DNA of 64,000 nt, taken from a virus. The notes under the pieces are model-generated. The model worked only from the letters and a program-made list of their open reading frames with translations, was not told the DNA's origin and searched no databases. The stretch is from positions 1-64,000 of the IMG/VR virus record IMGVR_UViG_3300017917_003766. One strand, given 5' to 3'. This document shows positions 20,162-28,718 of the stretch, one piece after another. Each line of letters starts with the position of its first letter. Position 1 is the first letter of the stretch. Both the position numbers and the translations under genes were made by a program.

Positions 20162-21621
20162 TATGAAAAGTCTCCATTGTTTAATAGATCGTCAAGTATT
20201 GACGATGCATCATAAGATGCGGAAGTAACCATTTCGTATTCTTCATAAGTTTTTTTGGAATCTACATATCTAACAAGGGGTGGTTCATAAGAAAATGTAG
20301 ATCCAGTTATTCTATTTTTTGGTATTTGCAGCTGCATAATGTTTTCGTCTTCTGAATCGTCTCCGCTTATTAGTTTCTTTTCTGTAATAAAAATAGTTAC
20401 TGCACACTTCTGCTGGATAGCCAAGGATCCGCCAGTATCTGATTGAAGAACAACTTCTCTTCTTTCTTTCATTCTATTTGAGTTCTCTTGAGCTGTTATA
20501 ATCAACACGCAATTCATATCTCTTGCAAGCTTTTCTAGGCGAACCATCATCTCTTCAAACTCACCCCATCTAGCTTTACCCTTAGATCTCGTAAACATTG
20601 ACTGTATTGTATCAATTACGATAACATCTGGTATATGTTGATTTTGAAGAAGAATTTCTCTCAACCATTTCTCTAAGTCTTCGAAATACGGAGTGTCTGG
20701 GTCGTGCTTGACCATCAGGCGATCACCCCACTGAACGAGCTTGTTCATAAACATATTGATGTATTTGCTTTTATCTTCATCGTTCCAATTTGACACTTCT
20801 GCATATACATTTCGGCCAATAATCTGAGTCATAAGTATTTTTTCCCAGTGACTTCTTGCTTCTTCAAAGTTAATATACAAAGCTCTATAGCCATTATCTA
20901 GCCAATTATTGACAAGGCATTTGGCAAACGTGCTTTTACCCTTGCCAGAAGCTGCAATTATTGCATGGACAGAACCTCTATAAAAGCCTCCGTCATTAGT
21001 GTAACCCATAGCTCTATTTAGCGACTTATATTGCGTTGGCAGAAAGTCTGGCGTGTCTAATAGTGAGTCTATTTTTTCAATAATTTCTTTAGCTGTCACT
21101 ACGCCATCATAAGGATTATAGTTAATTTGATTTTCTAAAGTAGTTATTTCAATAGCTAGTGATGTCATCTTGGACAAGTCTTCTTCTGACTTTAATCCCT
21201 TTTGACTTAAAATAAATTCTAATTCTTTAAGAAGATTTCTTTGTTTGATTTTATTATATTTATGTTTGATTACTTTTGTTACTGCTTCTGGGGTTGATAA
21301 TTCCATTGAACCAAGAGCGCTCATCATTAAGTCAACACCATGTTGACCACTTAATGCTTCATATAGGTCGCTTTCTGATTGCATCCAACTCTTAAAAGCA
21401 ACTGGATCAACAACGTCTAATTCAGTAGATGTTGAATATGATATTAAGGCTTTATAAAATTCATTTATTCCGTTTTGGCCTTCTAAAATACCAACCATTT
21501 CAGGTTGAAGATTATCCTTGAAAAAAGATATTGCCCCCTGCTGCCTAAATGACAGAGCAAATATCTGATATTCTATTGGATAGATATCCGATATTGGCTG
21601 AATAACGCTGCTATCGGTCAT
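20161..21621 (-). CDS. DnaB-like replicative helicase
   Basis: AASGKGKS Walker A, INFE, VIVIDTIQ, IITAQ, KNR. Confidence 0.85.
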   Translation of the reverse strand: MTDSSVIQPISDIYPIEYQIFALSFRQQGAISFFKDNLQPEMVGILEGQNGINEFYKALISYSTSTELDVVDPVAFKSWMQSESDLYEALSGQHGVDLMMSALGSMELSTPEAVTKVIKHKYNKIKQRNLLKELEFILSQKGLKSEEDLSKMTSLAIEITTLENQINYNPYDGVVTAKEIIEKIDSLLDTPDFLPTQYKSLNRAMGYTNDGGFYRGSVHAIIAASGKGKSTFAKCLVNNWLDNGYRALYINFEEARSHWEKILMTQIIGRNVYAEVSNWNDEDKSKYINMFMNKLVQWGDRLMVKHDPDTPYFEDLEKWLREILLQNQHIPDVIVIDTIQSMFTRSKGKARWGEFEEMMVRLEKLARDMNCVLIITAQENSNRMKERREVVLQSDTGGSLAIQQKCAVTIFITEKKLISGDDSEDENIMQLQIPKNRITGSTFSYEPPLVRYVDSKKTYEEYEMVTSASYDASSILDDLLNNGDFS

Positions 21622-22262
21622 GATACTTCTTTCTGCTCTTCATTTTTTTGTATAAATCTTTTCTTCTTTTGTTATACTTTTTTTTCTGTTCTTGATAATA
21701 TTTATTATCTTTAACGCTTTTCTTAGTAAAACTCTGCTTCGTTTCTGGTTCTGCGTTTCTTACGGCTTCAAGTATTCTATCATAAACAGCTTCTTCCGTG
21801 AGAAGATCATTGTATCGAAAAACAATTAAAACTATTCCCAGCTGTTTACATTTTTCTATTTTCTTTTTATCTCTTTCAACTGCTTGTTCAAAATCGTACT
21901 TTGATTCATAAAATCTTTGGGTATAGTAAAAATGTTGTCTTCCGATGGAATTCTGCGGCTATCTTATATGCTGGACAATAAACATCAAGCTTTAGTCTAT
22001 CACCAATATGGTGTTCGTTGACTATCTTTTGACCAGGAAGAAGCTTTTTCATGGCGTGAGTTAGTGCCGCTTGTCCTCTAGATGATTTCTTTTTTTGCTC
22101 TTTAATCCAATTAAGGCCAAGAGAAGAGATCTTTTTATTTAATTCTTTATAAGATATATTAATCTCTTTTGCTATTTCAGCAAGAGAAAAATCAGAATCA
22201 AAGAGAAGATCTATTAAAAATAAATCATCTTCTTTGTCAATTTTTATATGTTTTTTTGTCAT
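21611..22262 (-). CDS. HTH plus DUF559/Vsr-like endonuclease, 216 aa, +1 shift at CGG 21944
   Basis: LKLDVY...AAEFH-GRQHFYY...ERDKKKIEKCKQLGIVLIVFRYND, stop at 21611. Confidence 0.85.
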
Positions 22263-22920
22263 TAAATGCTGCTTTATCTAAAGATTTTTTCTTGGAAAAA
22301 CTAATAACTTTTCCTAAATCTAAAATAGATAAATCAAATTTCTCCCATATTTTATGGGCTAAACCAGCTGAAAGAATTGGACAATCTAATATAACCATAT
22401 CGCTTTTATGCTTTACGGCATCGATTGATGCACATATGTCATCTAACTTATCATAGAAATTGTTATACGATACATATATATGAGCTGCTGGTAATCCTAG
22501 CATTTTTGCAACATACTTTTTTTCGTTGAAAGAAACTATAATAAAAGGAGTATTCTTTATATAGAATTCAACAAAAGAATTAAATACAAATTCATTAGAA
22601 TGATAATAGTTTTCTAGTGTTGAACTATTAAAGTAAATAGAATCATCTTCAAATATAGATAGATTTAATTCCTCTTCTTTTTCTGCCGAGTACACAAAAG
22701 ATGATGGCACACCTCTCATATATGAAGAATCTTTTATTGAAAAAGACTTTTTAATATCTTCTATAAATTCAACTGGAATATCTTTTTCATTTTTTGAACT
22801 CATAGCAAGCAGTGTAGTTTTTGGAAAAGATACATAAGCATATCGCCCTCTACCAAGCATTTTTTTGGTTAGAGTTTGTATCGTTTGCGTTTGAGTTGCT
22901 ATCTTGGTTTTACTTTTCAT
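22237..22920 (-). CDS. Hypothetical protein, possibly GT-D-fold-like
   Basis: C-terminal ILDLGKV; adjacent to a GT2 gene. Confidence 0.45.
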   Translation of the reverse strand: MKSKTKIATQTQTIQTLTKKMLGRGRYAYVSFPKTTLLAMSSKNEKDIPVEFIEDIKKSFSIKDSSYMRGVPSSFVYSAEKEEELNLSIFEDDSIYFNSSTLENYYHSNEFVFNSFVEFYIKNTPFIIVSFNEKKYVAKMLGLPAAHIYVSYNNFYDKLDDICASIDAVKHKSDMVILDCPILSAGLAHKIWEKFDLSILDLGKVISFSKKKSLDKAAFNDKKTYKN

Positions 22921-22921
22921 A

Positions 22922-23635
22922 TCACACTCCAAAATTTCCCCAGCTAATAAGAGCTGGATTTTGATCTATTATTGACTCTATATGTTTAATGTTATGAAAC
23001 TCTCCTCCATCAAGAGTTGAGTATCTTTGATATTTTATATTTTTATCTTCATCTCTTTGATATCCCATATGTTTCATTATTAGACCAGAATTTAACCAGT
23101 AATTCCTCTGTCTAATCCAATCTAATACATAAGACGGCTCAGAACCACAAGCCAATCTCCTGTTTAGAAAACCTCCATTTTCTTTAAATCTAAAGATTCT
23201 AGAACTATTTCCTGGAGCCCATAGTTTATCTTGCCTATATTGAGTTTCATTCCACATGTGATAAAACTTGACATTAACTACATCAAATTCTGATCTATTT
23301 AATATCTCTTTGATATTTAGATTTTCTAGATCATCTTTTCTATACAACATCTCGTCACAATCAATAGCAACAATCCAGTCTCCAACTTTAGCGTGTTCGG
23401 ATAAATTACCCCAGGCAAATGCCCTAAGTTGCCCCTCATGCTTTGCGAATAGGGGTTCTGGTGTTTGATACGTTTTGCAATATTGACTAGCTATCTTAAG
23501 CGTATCATCATCAGAACAATCGTCGGTAAATATAATTCCGTCAACTTGATTTGAAAGCCTTTGAAGAACCTGCTCAAGGTATCTACCTTGTTCATTTTTG
23601 CCTACCATTTGGGCAAAAATTTTATTGTTTATCAT
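22922..23635 (-). CDS. Glycosyltransferase family 2
   Basis: KNEQGRYL, TDDCSDD, WIVAIDCDE, KHMGY. Confidence 0.85.
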   Translation of the reverse strand: MINNKIFAQMVGKNEQGRYLEQVLQRLSNQVDGIIFTDDCSDDDTLKIASQYCKTYQTPEPLFAKHEGQLRAFAWGNLSEHAKVGDWIVAIDCDEMLYRKDDLENLNIKEILNRSEFDVVNVKFYHMWNETQYRQDKLWAPGNSSRIFRFKENGGFLNRRLACGSEPSYVLDWIRQRNYWLNSGLIMKHMGYQRDEDKNIKYQRYSTLDGGEFHNIKHIESIIDQNPALISWGNFGV

Positions 23636-23653
23636 AATTTTCCTAACATAAGG

Positions 23654-23697
23654 AAAGAGAGATGGCGCTGATCACACTACCAGCGCCATCTCTCTTT
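23654..23697 (-). terminator. Terminator hairpin
   Basis: AAAGAGAGATGGCGCTG / CAGCGCCATCTCTCTTT inverted repeat. Confidence 0.75.
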
Positions 23698-23709
23698 GGC
23701 GAATAATAA

Positions 23710-23892
23710 TTAGATTTCCAACATTTCTCTAACTTCGACTGCAGAAATACGCTCTACATCTGTATTTGTAGAGAGAATCTCACCCTTAACATTCTTACGT
23801 CCAAGAGCAATCTTTTCTGCATCAGCCTTATTCTTTGCTTTAACCAAGAATGAGGTTGTGACTTCAAAGTAGTTGAACTTATTATCTGACAT
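23710..23892 (-). CDS. Small monocistronic protein (60 aa)
   Basis: AAGGA SD, start MSDNKF, own promoter and terminator. Confidence 0.75.
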   Translation of the reverse strand: MSDNKFNYFEVTTSFLVKAKNKADAEKIALGRKNVKGEILSTNTDVERISAVEVREMLEI

Positions 23893-23933
23893 ATTTTTTC
23901 CTTTATGAGTGTAGTGGTTAATTACGAGAACCA

Positions 23934-23962
23934 ATTATACATAAGTATGAGAAAAAAATCAA
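23934..23962 (-). promoter_or_regulatory. Sigma70-type promoter
   Basis: TTGATT-17 nt-TATAAT. Confidence 0.7.
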
Positions 23963-23972
23963 CTTGTGCCAC

Positions 23973-24014
23973 AAAAAAAGATATCCCCCCCAGCAATATC
24001 TACTGGAGGGGATA
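23973..24014 (-). terminator. Terminator hairpin
   Basis: TATCCCCTCCAGT...GCTGGGGGGATA followed by T-run. Confidence 0.65.
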
Positions 24015-24063
24015 CCCTAGCAACGGTTTCCGAACTTTCTATTATAGCAGATTTCCGTACTAC

Positions 24064-24549
24064 CTACACAACTATTTCTTTTTGTACTGGCCAATAATAT
24101 GGAGTTATTTCATTAGGTTTTTTGTTTTGAGCTTCTGCCGTAGACATAGCTTCTTTTACTTCATTAATCAAAACAAGATCTTCTTTAAAGAAAGGGAAAT
24201 AATATTCCCAATCCTTTTTTAACAAATTTGCCCTATGGGATCTATGAAGACTTTCATTACCAAACCACGATGGGAGTTTAGCTTCTATTAACAAATTTTC
24301 GAACTGCATGGTGTTTTTATATCCTCTTTTTATCCATTCCTGTATTGTATAGTTTTGATATACCTGCAGAGCTGCTTCATAACCCTGCCACATTAAAGTA
24401 ACAGGATGATTTCTCCAACCTTTTGATTGGGTTCTACCCAACAAAATATTTAATACTTGAAATGTTTCGACTCTTTGTTTTCCAAGTCTTTTTGAATCAA
24501 GTACTTCAACAGATTTTTTAAAATCTGCATAAGGCAGAAAGGTCTGCAT
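24064..24549 (-). CDS. Pyrimidine-dimer glycosylase-like protein (MSMEG_6728 family)
   Basis: MQTFLPY...LDSKRLGKQRVE...GWRNHP...SHRANLLKKD. Confidence 0.85.
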   Translation of the reverse strand: MQTFLPYADFKKSVEVLDSKRLGKQRVETFQVLNILLGRTQSKGWRNHPVTLMWQGYEAALQVYQNYTIQEWIKRGYKNTMQFENLLIEAKLPSWFGNESLHRSHRANLLKKDWEYYFPFFKEDLVLINEVKEAMSTAEAQNKKPNEITPYYWPVQKEIVV

Positions 24550-24555
24550 TGTGCT

Positions 24556-24951
24556 TTACTTTTTAAACTCTGTCCAGGTCTTATCGCCTACACCATAGTA
24601 TTCTCTGGCAAGGCCTGCAGCAACAATGTCAGCATTGAGACAGTTGCCACCTTCATCCCAGACCTTTGCTAGCACTCTACCATACTTTTCGTTCTTATCT
24701 ATAATAGTTTCAATCTTAACTTGATGATTGGCACGTGTTAGCCACTGGTCTGTAAATTCTTTTGCGGCCAATCCTTTCTGCTTTTCTTCGGCGTTAGAAG
24801 TACGGCTTTCGGGTGTATTAACGCCGTACAAACGCACTCTGCCCTTCTTAAGGGTATCAAAACCAAGATCTATAACGATATCAAATGTATCGCCATCTAC
24901 TACTTTCTTGACTTCTGCGTTGTATATCCATGGATTTAATTTATCTGTCAT
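24556..24951 (-). CDS. Thermonuclease (SNase-like)
   Basis: VVDGDT, VRLYGVNTPE, KYGRVLA. Confidence 0.9.
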   Translation of the reverse strand: MTDKLNPWIYNAEVKKVVDGDTFDIVIDLGFDTLKKGRVRLYGVNTPESRTSNAEEKQKGLAAKEFTDQWLTRANHQVKIETIIDKNEKYGRVLAKVWDEGGNCLNADIVAAGLAREYYGVGDKTWTEFKK

Positions 24952-24981
24952 AATAGTTCTCCTCGTTTAAAATTTTGTATA

Positions 24982-25962
24982 TTATAGTATAGCGGATAAT
25001 TTGTTCCCGATCCACTCAGCGACTGGGCTGGCAATGCCGTTTCCACACTGTTTGTAGCGCTGACTGTCTGACTGTTCTAAGCCATTAGACCTCCATCTAG
25101 TATGGTCATCTGGCCAACCCATTAAACGTTCGCATTCAAGTGGGGTTAATCTTCTAACAGTTGTTTTCAGATCATTTTTTTGCACAATCACTTTACCCTC
25201 TTGAACATATTGGCTACCGACACCCTTGTAATCACGATGACACAAAGCGCCAACGGTTTCAACAACTAGATTTTCTCCCCTACTACTTGGGATTCCTCCA
25301 CTACCACCGCTTCTAAGGCATGCTGCAATTTCTGAGGAAGTTTGGTTTTGTTTTTTTGGGCTCTTCTTAGAATCCCCTTGCATGATTTTACTGACAGGTA
25401 GTAGCGGGTCTGGACATCTTGCTGCGGTTGCAGGATCGAAGATAGAGACGAGGAACACTCTTCGACGTCGCTGGGGGACTCCAAAGTGTTGCGCATCCAA
25501 GACTGCCCACTCTTGTACCAACGCCCCTGCTTTAGCCATTTCATCGAGGATGACTCCAAAATCAGCGCCTTTGTTGGAAGACAATGCTCCTGCAACATTT
25601 TCCCAGATGGAGATTCTTGGGTACTCATTATTTGTTTCCTTTCTTAATTCTTTAATAATTCTTACACCTTCATGGAAAAGACCAGATCGTTCTGCACTAA
25701 GACCAGCTTTTTTACCGGCATTAGAAAGATCTTGACATGGACTACCCCAAGCTATTATATCTGGAGTTTTATTATGAGTTAATATTTTTTCTGCTGTTAA
25801 ATCAGAAATGTTTTTCCATCTTGGAACATTCGGCCAGTGTTTTTCTAATACGGAAATACAGCTTGGATCCCATTCGCATTGAAATATTGTTTTCATTCCA
25901 GCTTTTTCTAAGCCAAGATCAAATCCACCTACTCCAGAAAACAATGAAACTACGTTCGCCAA
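24982..25962 (-). CDS. C5-cytosine DNA methyltransferase, alpha subunit
   Basis: LFSGVGG, GSPCQD, WENV, QRRRRVF, RRLTPLECERLMG, YKQCGNG. Confidence 0.92.
   Translation of the reverse strand: MANVVSLFSGVGGFDLGLEKAGMKTIFQCEWDPSCISVLEKHWPNVPRWKNISDLTAEKILTHNKTPDIIAWGSPCQDLSNAGKKAGLSAERSGLFHEGVRIIKELRKETNNEYPRISIWENVAGALSSNKGADFGVILDEMAKAGALVQEWAVLDAQHFGVPQRRRRVFLVSIFDPATAARCPDPLLPVSKIMQGDSKKSPKKQNQTSSEIAACLRSGGSGGIPSSRGENLVVETVGALCHRDYKGVGSQYVQEGKVIVQKNDLKTTVRRLTPLECERLMGWPDDHTRWRSNGLEQSDSQRYKQCGNGIASPVAEWIGNKLSAIL
25266..25628 (-). CDS. Nested alternative-frame methyltransferase beta subunit (M.EcoHK31I-type)
   Basis: SLSSILQ...RYYLSVKSCKGILRRA...LPQKLQHAL inside the alpha gene. Confidence 0.7.
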   Translation of the reverse strand: MSTQESPSGKMLQEHCLPTKALILESSSMKWLKQGRWYKSGQSWMRNTLESPSDVEECSSSLSSILQPQQDVQTRYYLSVKSCKGILRRAQKNKTKLPQKLQHALEAVVVEESQVVGEKI

Positions 25963-26766
25963 TTAGTCTCTCTCTATTCCCATATAGTCACATGCTTTTC
26001 TAAAAATTGATTGACTAATTTTAAATTGGGCATCTGCGTGGCTGTATCCTTCTCCTGGTTTTGGTGACGAAGCATGCCAGCTGTGGCCAATAGAAACTGA
26101 TCCATCATATACAACTTTGTAACCAAGGTGTCTGGCAAAATACGAGCACCAAGTTTCTTCATAATAGTGAGGAGTCGGTAAAAACGCCCCAACAGCGTCT
26201 GGGTACAGTTCTCTATACTTACTATGATTTGTTAATTCATTCCATATAGATCTTTTTATAAAATAAGCGGAGCCAGATATTGTAACGCATTCTATTCTGT
26301 CTTTGAATAAAAGATCAGCTGGATCTGGTTCCATCCATCCTCTGTGTGCTGGTTTGATGTTGGTTCCGACAATACCAGCATGCCTTATTAGGCCATACTC
26401 ATCTCTTTGTTTTGGGCCTAGAATATGTATGTCTTTATTTTGATTAAATATTTTGCAAAGAGAAGTAATATCTTCGTTGGAAAACCAAACATCTGCGTTC
26501 AAAAGTCCTATGATATTATTTGATCCTCTTGCAGCTAACTTGTTACATGCCGCAGAGTATCCAATATTATTATTTAAACAAACTCTATCTATTAAATACT
26601 TATCATCATTGGATCTAAGCCAATCGATAGTATCATCTGTTGATCCATTGTCTGCTATATATAAATTCCAGAATTTGTTTTCTAAATTTAGATTTTCATG
26701 GAGAGTATCCAAGAGCCTTTGCAGTAATGGTCTAGTGTTGTAGTTAACAATACAAAGATCAATCAT
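25963..26766 (-). CDS. Glycosyltransferase family 2
   Basis: IVNYN, DNGSTD, NIGYSAACN, LLNAD. Confidence 0.9.
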   Translation of the reverse strand: MIDLCIVNYNTRPLLQRLLDTLHENLNLENKFWNLYIADNGSTDDTIDWLRSNDDKYLIDRVCLNNNIGYSAACNKLAARGSNNIIGLLNADVWFSNEDITSLCKIFNQNKDIHILGPKQRDEYGLIRHAGIVGTNIKPAHRGWMEPDPADLLFKDRIECVTISGSAYFIKRSIWNELTNHSKYRELYPDAVGAFLPTPHYYEETWCSYFARHLGYKVVYDGSVSIGHSWHASSPKPGEGYSHADAQFKISQSIFRKACDYMGIERD

Positions 26767-27058
26767 TTTTGAATTTATTTTCTATAACGCTCTTAAAAGC
26801 ATTTTCCTGATTCATACCAAAATCAATATATTTAGTATACTTGTTATATGCCTCTTCTATATTTTTAGAATCAAAAAATTCTATAAAAGAATTATATGGT
26901 TTATAGTTTTCTTCTTTTGAAAAGAAATCGTAGTCAGGTATACTGCTCATTGTCGTTTTGTTTAATTGATCTTTTTTTCTCCAAAAAAGATAAAAAGATA
27001 AACCAACAACTAACGCTACAGATAAATACTTAATTCCAGTAGTCTTCATCTGATCCAT
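26759..27058 (-). CDS. Membrane-anchored hypothetical protein
   Basis: N-terminal TM helix; start uncertain. Confidence 0.55.
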   Translation of the reverse strand: MDQMKTTGIKYLSVALVVGLSFYLFWRKKDQLNKTTMSSIPDYDFFSKEENYKPYNSFIEFFDSKNIEEAYNKYTKYIDFGMNQENAFKSVIENKFKND

Positions 27059-27272
27059 TATCTGTCCCAACATAAACATTTTGTATAGCTGTATTTACAG
27101 CTGCAATAACCCTATTGTAGATTACCTTATCTTGTTCGCTTACTTGACCTCGCATCATAGATGCATAAGTCTTCTGTATATGTAGAAGTACTTCTAGGTC
27201 TTCGATCAAATAAGATTGACCTGAACTAAGTTTAATTCCTACTTTTTTCTTTTGATTGTTTTTCTTACTCAT
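27030..27272 (-). CDS. Hypothetical protein
   Basis: ORF tiling. Confidence 0.6.
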   Translation of the reverse strand: MSKKNNQKKKVGIKLSSGQSYLIEDLEVLLHIQKTYASMMRGQVSEQDKVIYNRVIAAVNTAIQNVYVGTDNGSDEDYWN

Positions 27273-27516
27273 TATTCTTTGCTTTCTTTTTTGTTTTCTT
27301 TATTTCTAATTCCTCTTCTACGACTTGGTCCTTTGACACCACATAAGCGCAGAGATTGTTTGTATCTGGTTCGAATGTAACAAACAGTATTCGCTTATCT
27401 TCTTCGGCATATCCGTCTGGTGGTGGTGATTCTAGTGCAATTTTTTTTGAAGAACAACCATATACCTGGCTGTGATTTTTATACAAAACAATATAATTTA
27501 ATTTTGAAGCTGGCAT
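27265..27516 (-). CDS. Hypothetical protein, probably leaderless
   Basis: TATAAT 6 nt upstream of ATG. Confidence 0.6.
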   Translation of the reverse strand: MPASKLNYIVLYKNHSQVYGCSSKKIALESPPPDGYAEEDKRILFVTFEPDTNNLCAYVVSKDQVVEEELEIKKTKKKAKNNE

Positions 27517-27523
27517 GACACTA

Positions 27524-27685
27524 TTATACTACCATAATTCCCAGCACGATACTAAGCAGGAGCGCAAGAGTAATCGCAATAGCTTTTTGTGAACTGTTTT
27601 GTGCTTTTGCATTTACTAGGTGCATGCCTATAGTCCAATTTATTAGCAATACAAAAAATACTATTTTTAACAAATCAAAGATCAC
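27524..27685 (-). CDS. Small two-TM membrane protein (53 aa)
   Basis: GTG directly after thyX stop; two hydrophobic segments. Confidence 0.5.
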   Translation of the reverse strand: MIFDLLKIVFFVLLINWTIGMHLVNAKAQNSSQKAIAITLALLLSIVLGIMVV

Positions 27686-27686
27686 T

Positions 27687-28385
27687 TTATCCGACCAATC
27701 TTCCGATTGTTATGGGAAATTTCTCTTTAGCATATGTATATATAGCTTTTGCATATTCCTGTATTTCAACCTGTGAATCCTCAGCCAATCTTTGTGTAAG
27801 GAATAGGCATAGTGATTGCAAGCTACACGACCATCTATAGATTACATGCATGCCGTAGGCGGGCAGAAACAGCCTTGCCTGCTCTGGGGCAACTCCCTGC
27901 TCCAAGGCCATGTTATATAATGCCTCACCTTGTTTAATATATTTGCTTAACTCATCCGTCAATAGAGAGCCCTGCCAGGGGCCTATTGGCCCACCAGAGC
28001 CTTGTTTTTTATCTTCTGGTGCTGTTCTCCAATCGCCAGCCTCTGGAACATAAAATTCAGGATCCATTGTAATATATCTTCTGGATGATTCATTCCATGA
28101 ATCCATAGTGTGATCTGAACCAACTACATATTTCCAATGTTGACGAGCAACCATCAATGGAGCTTTGATCTCAAAAGTCATGAATGCATGTCTGAATGGA
28201 GACATATGATTTTCTCTTATCAAAAAATCTATTAGTCTTGCGTCTTTAGGTGAAAGTTCTTTAGATTCTTTTGCAAAAGAAGCTCTGGCTGCATTGACTA
28301 TTGAGAGATCGCTACCCATGCAATCAACAAGTCTAACATATCCATTTTTTAAAACACTTAAAACATCATTCTCGTTGTTCATCAT
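27687..28385 (-). CDS. thyX: FAD-dependent thymidylate synthase
   Basis: IVNAARAS, HMSPF, VARQ, NESSRRY, EQARLFLP, QVEIQEYA. Confidence 0.92.
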   Translation of the reverse strand: MMNNENDVLSVLKNGYVRLVDCMGSDLSIVNAARASFAKESKELSPKDARLIDFLIRENHMSPFRHAFMTFEIKAPLMVARQHWKYVVGSDHTMDSWNESSRRYITMDPEFYVPEAGDWRTAPEDKKQGSGGPIGPWQGSLLTDELSKYIKQGEALYNMALEQGVAPEQARLFLPAYGMHVIYRWSCSLQSLCLFLTQRLAEDSQVEIQEYAKAIYTYAKEKFPITIGRLVG

Positions 28386-28717
28386 CTTCCTCTGGCAAAT
28401 CCATAAAAGTATCTTGTGCTACTAAGTCTAGCATATAGTTGTTAAAATCGCTAGATTTTTTATATAAAGATACCAATAAACTATTTACATCAGAGGGAAT
28501 ATCACAATATTCATCCTTGCATGATAAAAGGTTTTTTGTTATTATATTTACTTCTTGTATAGAGTTTAGAAGTTCGGCATTTAAATCTGTGCAAAACTGT
28601 ATGTAGCGCTCAGTTTTTGATTTATTAATTTCTTTTAGATTTTTATACTCAAAATTTAAAGCTATCTCTTTAAAGGTTTTGTTAATACTTTCTCGTTCAT
28701 CTCCGAAAATTACTCAT
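28366..28717 (-). CDS. Hidden hypothetical protein, 116 aa, +1 shift at codon 5 (CGG 28705)
   Basis: ATG AGT AAT TTT C-GGA GAT GAA..., open to TGA 28366; fills the nrdJ-thyX gap. Confidence 0.7.
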
Positions 28718-28718
28718 A

